This document shows positions 58,472-64,000 of a DNA stretch of 64,000 nt, piece by piece. The notes under the pieces are model-generated. The model had not been told where the DNA came from. It did no database searches and worked only from the letters and a program-made list of their open reading frames with translations. The stretch is from an uncultured Acidiluteibacter sp. Its GTDB lineage: Bacteria; Bacteroidota; Bacteroidia; Flavobacteriales_E; Vicingaceae. The position numbers were made by a program, and so were the translations under genes. The number at the start of each line of letters is the position of its first letter. Within the stretch, counting starts at the first letter, position 1. The stretch is taken from contig CBFHZL010000004.1 in NCBI GenBank assembly GCA_965660325.1, forward strand, positions 202 through 64,201, written 5' to 3'.

Positions 58472-59308
58472 ATGAAAATTAAACTATTGGGAATCGCGCT
58501 AACGCTCATTACTGCTAGTGGCTTTGCACAAAACAGCTATGCGGATGCACAAAAGTCATCCTCGGCTAAATTAAACGTGGCTTATTTCTCTAATTATCCT
58601 ATGGCTTACGCTGATGGAAGTGCGATAAAAGGCATTGAAGTGGACATATTGCACTCTTTTACAGACTGGCTTGCAGAAAACAAAGGAATTAAAGCCTCAC
58701 TTAATTTGCAGAGCTACAACAACTTTAGCGAAATGATTGACGTTGTAAAAAAGGGAGAAGATAACTTCGTAGGCGCAGGTAGTATCGCAATAACGGATAG
58801 TAGAAAAGAAAAACTAAACTTTTCGGCTCCTTACCTACGCAATACCTCTATTTTGGTCAGCAGTGGAAAATTAAAAACAGCTACAACTCAAGAGGAGTTG
58901 CAAAATATTTTTGAAGGACAAAAGGGCGCTGCGGTAAAGAACAGTGTGCATTCTCTTTACATTGAAAATGTGAGTTTAACCTATGACACCGAACTGAATG
59001 TAGCCTATTATAGAAACACGGATGAAGTTTTGAAAGCACTTCGATCAGGTGATGCATCTTTTGCATTTTTAGATGTGCTTTCTTTCTGGAACTTCATGAA
59101 AGACAGCAAAAAGTTTTATAAAATTCAAAAATTTGTAGCATCAGAAGATGAGTACTTCGGCTTTGTATTTCCAAAAGACAGCGATTGGAACGAGCCGTTT
59201 AATGAGTTTTTTGAAACTGGATTCGGCTTTACGGCTACAAAAGAATATCGCGAAATACTTGAAAAGTATTTAGGTTATGAGATAATTGACAAGGTAGAAT
59301 TGGATTAA
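58472..59308 (+). CDS. Substrate-binding protein, SBP family 3 (polar amino acid type)
   Basis: Signal peptide; YPMAY...GIEVDI, IAITDSR...FSAPY, YFGFVFPK. Confidence 0.85.
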   Translation: MKIKLLGIALTLITASGFAQNSYADAQKSSSAKLNVAYFSNYPMAYADGSAIKGIEVDILHSFTDWLAENKGIKASLNLQSYNNFSEMIDVVKKGEDNFVGAGSIAITDSRKEKLNFSAPYLRNTSILVSSGKLKTATTQEELQNIFEGQKGAAVKNSVHSLYIENVSLTYDTELNVAYYRNTDEVLKALRSGDASFAFLDVLSFWNFMKDSKKFYKIQKFVASEDEYFGFVFPKDSDWNEPFNEFFETGFGFTATKEYREILEKYLGYEIIDKVELD

Positions 59309-59817
59309 AATTTCTTCTTTACCAACTTATTGAGCTTTTTCATGATGAGACGATAGTCATAGACTTTCATCTCATCTAAATGAAATAGAATATAGATATC
59401 GCCGGTGGTTAGGTCTTTGATGTAGAAATCATATATCAATAAAATACCTGACTCCGGCGATTTCATTAAGCGTTCGTTATCAAAACAATTTGATTCTAAT
59501 ACATACTTGTACCCTGCTCCAACCAACTTTTCATAAGATGAGTGACCGGCGATAGCATACTTAAACGGGTATTCAATTGCTGAAGTCCGCAAGTATTCAT
59601 TGGCTTGTTCTACTGCTCGATTATGTAACTTTTTTCGCCTACGGATATACTTCTCCTCTTCTCCTTCGGGTTTCTTCTCATTAATATTTATTGGCTCGTA
59701 GTTAAGTAGAATCAATTTTTGTTCATTCAAATCATCGGGCAAACCTTCGTATTCGCGTTGAGCAATTGAAAGCAGCGGAAGGATAATAAGTGCAAGAAAA
59801 GTTAGTGATCTGGTCAT
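59305..59817 (-). CDS. Hypothetical exported protein
   Basis: ATG 59817 gives signal peptide MTRSL...IA-Q; no family recognised. Confidence 0.65.
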   Translation of the reverse strand: MTRSLTFLALIILPLLSIAQREYEGLPDDLNEQKLILLNYEPININEKKPEGEEEKYIRRRKKLHNRAVEQANEYLRTSAIEYPFKYAIAGHSSYEKLVGAGYKYVLESNCFDNERLMKSPESGILLIYDFYIKDLTTGDIYILFHLDEMKVYDYRLIMKKLNKLVKKKF

Positions 59818-59875
59818 TGGTATTATTTTAATTGGCACAGCAAGGTACGCTATTTACAATAAATGCGCCATTTAC

Positions 59876-61648
59876 TTATTCGGAAAAATCCATTAATATT
59901 TTGCGATAAGCATTGAACAACTTGGATTTGGATACAAAACCGATGTAATGTCCCTCATCAATTACAGGCAAATTCCATGCACCAGTTCGCTGAAATTTCT
60001 GCATTACACTGTCCATGGTGTCAGTACTGGAAACACAATCTGGATAATCTGTCATAAAATCACTTACGAATAAGGTGTCGTATTGACTAGCATCAAACAT
60101 AATTTTACGAATATCGTCCAATGTTACTATCCCAAGTAGTTGATGGTCTTCATCCACTACCGGAAACAAGTTTCGCTTTGACTTGGCGACAACTTTCACC
60201 AACTGCCCCAATGAATCTTCAGGCCGAATAACTTTAAACTCTGTTTCTATTTCAGAGCTTAATTTCATTAAGGTGAGCACAGCTTTATCTTTATCATGGG
60301 TGATTAACTCACCTCTTTTTGCTAATTGCATGGTATATAAAGAGTGCGGCACAAAATACTTGGCCGTGAGAAAGCTAATGGCAGCTGAAACCATTAATGG
60401 AATGATTAGTTCATACGAGGCGGTAATTTCTGCAATTAAAAAGAGCGCAGTCAATGGGGCATGCAATACACCTGCTAGTATGCCTGCCATACCGACTAAA
60501 ATAAAATTCTTTTCTGATACTTGAAAAAAGGTGAAATGGTTGATTAACTTAGAGAAAACAAATCCGGTTGTAGCTCCTAAAAAGAGAGATGGAGCAAATA
60601 TTCCACCAATACCACCTGCACCAAAGGTAACAGACGTTGCTACTGCTTTAAACAGCATCATTACAAACAAAAGGCCGATCGCAACCAACACATTGTCTCG
60701 GTATTCATACAGCATGGAACCATCAAACACTTCTCGATAGTTACCTGAAAGCAACTCGTTAATGGTTGAAAATCCTTCTCCATAAAGCGGTGGAATTAAA
60801 AAAACAAGACCTCCAAGAACACCGCCACCAATAAGCAACTTAGTATACGCATTTGAAATATTTGCAAACCTAGCCTCAATGGCCCAATACACCTTACTGA
60901 AGTATACAGAAACCAAACCTGCAAACACGCCCAGTAGTACATAAAACAGGGTATCGTTTAGTGTAAAAAGTTCTGTAATTTCAACATTAAATAAAACTGC
61001 GTCTCCGGCTATAAAACGAGATGTAATTGCTGCTGAAACCGAAGCGAGTAGCAAAGGAATAAGCGAACCAGCAGTTAAGTCAAGCATAATAACTTCTAAA
61101 GCGAATACAATGGCTGCAATTGGCGCATTAAATATTCCGGCCATAGCACCTGCTGCTCCACAACCTAACAGCAGCGTTGTTGCTTTATAATTCACTCTAC
61201 CAAACCGGCCAAAATTAGATCCGATGGCTGATGCAGTGCTTACTGCAGGCCCTTCCAGACCAACAGATCCGCCAAACCCAACAGTTAAAACACTTGATAC
61301 AATTGAAGCGTACATATTAAAGCGCTGAATGACCGAATTTTTCTTTGAAATGGCGTATAACGTGGATGGTATCCCATGACCCACTTTTTTCTTAAGAATG
61401 ATTTTTAAAAAAATAATGGTCAAGAGAATACCAACAATCGGGTAGATGAAGTAAAGGTAATTATGGTAGTTGATGACAAAAGAGTGGGTCAAAAGCGATT
61501 GTACCCAATGCACCAAGTTTTTCATAATCACAGCAGAAATTCCTGCTGCAAAACCAACTGCTATACTCAGCAGCATAATCCACTGCTTATTGGCGATATG
61601 TCGCCTGCGCCATAGGTGGAAAGCTGTTAGGGTTTTTCGCTGATTCAT
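59876..61648 (-). CDS. ClC family chloride channel/transporter with a CBS pair
   Basis: GHGIP, GSVGLEGP, FNAPIA, GGIFAPSLF, APLT and C-terminal CBS domains. Confidence 0.95.
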   Translation of the reverse strand: MNQRKTLTAFHLWRRRHIANKQWIMLLSIAVGFAAGISAVIMKNLVHWVQSLLTHSFVINYHNYLYFIYPIVGILLTIIFLKIILKKKVGHGIPSTLYAISKKNSVIQRFNMYASIVSSVLTVGFGGSVGLEGPAVSTASAIGSNFGRFGRVNYKATTLLLGCGAAGAMAGIFNAPIAAIVFALEVIMLDLTAGSLIPLLLASVSAAITSRFIAGDAVLFNVEITELFTLNDTLFYVLLGVFAGLVSVYFSKVYWAIEARFANISNAYTKLLIGGGVLGGLVFLIPPLYGEGFSTINELLSGNYREVFDGSMLYEYRDNVLVAIGLLFVMMLFKAVATSVTFGAGGIGGIFAPSLFLGATTGFVFSKLINHFTFFQVSEKNFILVGMAGILAGVLHAPLTALFLIAEITASYELIIPLMVSAAISFLTAKYFVPHSLYTMQLAKRGELITHDKDKAVLTLMKLSSEIETEFKVIRPEDSLGQLVKVVAKSKRNLFPVVDEDHQLLGIVTLDDIRKIMFDASQYDTLFVSDFMTDYPDCVSSTDTMDSVMQKFQRTGAWNLPVIDEGHYIGFVSKSKLFNAYRKILMDFSE

Positions 61649-61653
61649 CGGGA

Positions 61654-61661
61654 CAAAAGTA
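61654..61661 (-). promoter_or_regulatory. -7 element (TACTTTTG) 5 nt before the ClC ATG
   Basis: Exact consensus match. Confidence 0.6.
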
Positions 61662-61733
61662 ACAATTTATCTAGGAGGGCGAAGGGCTCCTTTAGCATCA
61701 AAGTAAGGTGATCCAAGAATCAACCTAGAATGC

Positions 61734-62609
61734 CTAATGCTTCTGATTATTTGGGCTTCGTTTATCCGATATAAGGTGTAAATCTCGCTGTGGAAAAGGA
61801 ATCTGAATGCCTTTCTCAACAAACTGACGATTGATTTCAAAGCGTAGATTACTTTTAGTGTTCTCTATTCTCCATACTTGCTCGGTCCAAAAGAATAATT
61901 CAAAATCTAATGAACTATCACCAAAGTCGGAAAAGCGAACAAAGGCCGGAATACGCGTGGTGATGGTCTTTTCATTTTTGGCAACATCCAAAAGAATATC
62001 TCTTACTTTCTCAACATCAGAACCATAGGCTACACCCACCTTCACATTAAAACGAGTTAACTTATTACTATTGCTCCAGTTCACTACCCGCTTGTTGATC
62101 AATTCGGAATTGGGGACTACCATCATGATACCATCTCGGGTACGGACTTTTGAGGTTCTTAGGTTGATCACTTTCACAACACCTACAATTCCATTATCCA
62201 TTTCAATCACGTCACTGACCTGAACATTGCCCTCAAACAGTAAAATAATTCCTGAAACCAAGTCTCTAAAGGCCTCTTGAAGTCCAAAACCCAAACCAAC
62301 AAATAGTGCGGTAGAACCAAAAATTAATACAGTTACATCGACACCAATACTTTTAAGCCCAACCAAAAGCCCGATAATATAAATCAAGTATTTAGCTAAT
62401 TGTACGATGGCGAATTGCTTTCCCTCATCGATCCATTGCTTTCCACCAATTTTTCGTTTTACAAAGGCCTCCATCGCTTTCACAAAAAAACGGACAGCTA
62501 CTAAGATGGTAATAAACACAAGAATGTGATACAAGGTAAAGGAATGGTCGGAAACCTCAATAATCTTGTATTCTAAAACACCTTTTAATTGCTTTAATAG
62601 CTCTTTCAT
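61734..62609 (-). CDS. mscS: Small-conductance mechanosensitive channel family protein
   Basis: VGLGFGLQ...VSGIILL, VPNS, VGVAYGSD, FGDSSLDF, IPFPQRDLH. Confidence 0.92.
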   Translation of the reverse strand: MKELLKQLKGVLEYKIIEVSDHSFTLYHILVFITILVAVRFFVKAMEAFVKRKIGGKQWIDEGKQFAIVQLAKYLIYIIGLLVGLKSIGVDVTVLIFGSTALFVGLGFGLQEAFRDLVSGIILLFEGNVQVSDVIEMDNGIVGVVKVINLRTSKVRTRDGIMMVVPNSELINKRVVNWSNSNKLTRFNVKVGVAYGSDVEKVRDILLDVAKNEKTITTRIPAFVRFSDFGDSSLDFELFFWTEQVWRIENTKSNLRFEINRQFVEKGIQIPFPQRDLHLISDKRSPNNQKH

Positions 62610-62618
62610 TTACTTGTA

Positions 62619-64000
62619 TTATTTAGAAATAACGATCCCCAGCACTTGACCCAACTTTTTTCGAGAGGCGTCAATTGTCATAATTTCAACCAATATATCC
62701 GTGTACTCCTCGGGAGCCTTCGCGTGTTCTAGTTGTTTTTGCTTTCGCTCTTTCAGCACATCCAGCTTTTTAAATTTAAAGTAATTTAATCCTGACTGCA
62801 ATGCTCCAAACAAGTCATCAGTTTCTCGGTGCGTTAATATTTGATGCTTTTGTTCCCACTGTTCACTCAGCTCGTATGGATGAGAAATTAAATCAATGGC
62901 AGCAGACCGAATTTCGTCATCTGGATGATGGATAAAGTGTTTTTCAGCTAATAAATTATCCCCATTAAAAGCACTGATATATTCTTGATAAATCTTATTG
63001 TAAACTGGATCCTCAAACTCTATCCCATCATCTTGTAAATCAGATAAAATGACTTCTAATAAAGGGAATGGCTCTTTTATAGGCTTACCTGCCTCATCTT
63101 TGTCTACTTCTAGCTGTAATTCATGTTGGCCATACAATATCATAATGCGGATAATATCCCGCTCCTGATAATTCTCTTTCTTGGGCAGTGGTGTTGGCTC
63201 TCCTGGTTCTTCATTAAAAAAGTCAGGTGGTGGAAGATCATGTTGTGGAGCTCGTTCTTGCTTTCGCTCTTCTTTGGCGATTTGCTTGTTGAGCTTTACG
63301 CGTCTTACTTTATTCAGCTCATTGAGCAATACCTGCTCCTCCATAGCCATTAGTGAGCTGCATTCTTGTATGTATACCGATCTGATGATAGGATCAGGAA
63401 TTAAGGCAATACTATCAACAATATCCTTTATTAAGCCTGCTCGTTTTATTGGATCTTTTCCAGCCTCTTGCAGTAATAAATCTGTTTTGAACTTGATAAA
63501 ATCCTTCGAGTTGTCACCGATAAAATCAGTAATTTCTTTTTGAGAATGTGCTTTTGCATAGGAATCAGGATCTTCTCCATCAGGAAAAAGGACCACTCGA
63601 ACGTTCATCCCAGCCTCCAAAATCATATCAATTCCCCGAAAAGATGCTTTTAACCCTGCAGCATCCCCGTCAAAAAGAATGGTAATGTTTGGCGTGTACC
63701 GCTTGATCAGTCGAATTTGCTCCGTGGTCAATGACGTTCCACTCGAGGCTACTACATTCTCTACTCCACTTTGATTCAGCGAAATAACATCAGTATACCC
63801 TTCTACCAAAAAGCAATTGTCATTTGCTACGATTGACTTCTTTGCAAAGTAAATACCGTACAAGACTTTACTCTTATGGTAAATCTCACTCTCAGGTGAA
63901 TTTAGGTATTTCGCCGCCTTTTTATCATTGACCAAAATACGACCACCAAAACCCAAAACACGTCCCGAAATGTTATGAATCGGGAACATTACTCGTCCTT
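62619..64000 (-). CDS. dnaG: DNA primase, 3' part (the start lies beyond the window)
   Basis: RVMFPI, GFGGR, KYLNSPE, VEGYTDV, FDGDAAG, DPD TOPRIM motifs; frame open to the window edge. Confidence 0.97.
   Translation of the reverse strand, partial: GRVMFPIHNISGRVLGFGGRILVNDKKAAKYLNSPESEIYHKSKVLYGIYFAKKSIVANDNCFLVEGYTDVISLNQSGVENVVASSGTSLTTEQIRLIKRYTPNITILFDGDAAGLKASFRGIDMILEAGMNVRVVLFPDGEDPDSYAKAHSQKEITDFIGDNSKDFIKFKTDLLLQEAGKDPIKRAGLIKDIVDSIALIPDPIIRSVYIQECSSLMAMEEQVLLNELNKVRRVKLNKQIAKEERKQERAPQHDLPPPDFFNEEPGEPTPLPKKENYQERDIIRIMILYGQHELQLEVDKDEAGKPIKEPFPLLEVILSDLQDDGIEFEDPVYNKIYQEYISAFNGDNLLAEKHFIHHPDDEIRSAAIDLISHPYELSEQWEQKHQILTHRETDDLFGALQSGLNYFKFKKLDVLKERKQKQLEHAKAPEEYTDILVEIMTIDASRKKLGQVLGIVISK

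Noticed and set aside
59832-59846. TTGGCAC sigma-54-like box on the plus strand
   Set aside because: It points away from the 59305 gene and antisense into the ClC 3' end, and has no -12 element.
61662-61733. Possible fluoride riboswitch upstream of ClC
   Set aside because: The GGTTGAT...ATCACC hairpin lacks a pseudoknot partner, the promoter box lies downstream of it, and the protein lacks CLC-F signatures.

Overview
This is a gene-dense, AT-rich chromosomal window from a Bacteroidota bacterium, most likely order Flavobacteriales (inferred from porP-gldKLMN, T9SS cargo proteins, TAnnTTTG promoters and no obvious Shine-Dalgarno sites). It is mostly core housekeeping and envelope genes: hemH, lpdA, lnt, pssA, purS, lptB, tatC, kdsD, recQ, topA, miaB, lptE, secG, groESL, kynU-kmo, tag, ClC, mscS, a partial pabB-like gene and partial dnaG. 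T9SS-related genes include the motor operon, a PorV-like/PorU-like pair and a secreted endonuclease. I saw no rRNA, tRNA, CRISPR array, IS element or prophage. The best candidate for an undescribed system is regulatory. A sensor-less sigma-54 enhancer-binding protein lies in the miaB-bEBP-lptE-TPR-secG operon. A TGCCAnnnTGTCA box overlaps that operon's predicted promoter and recurs upstream of a sigma-54-like -24/-12 site before groESL, where no CIRCE element is present. Other points of interest are a metal-site-degenerate arginase-fold protein beside the gliding motor genes, a pseudo-peptidase/propeller/Omp85 protein, a Cys/His insertion in HemH, a ClC with altered selectivity residues, and several probably leaderless genes. 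All assignments come from reading the sequence by eye; no searches were run.
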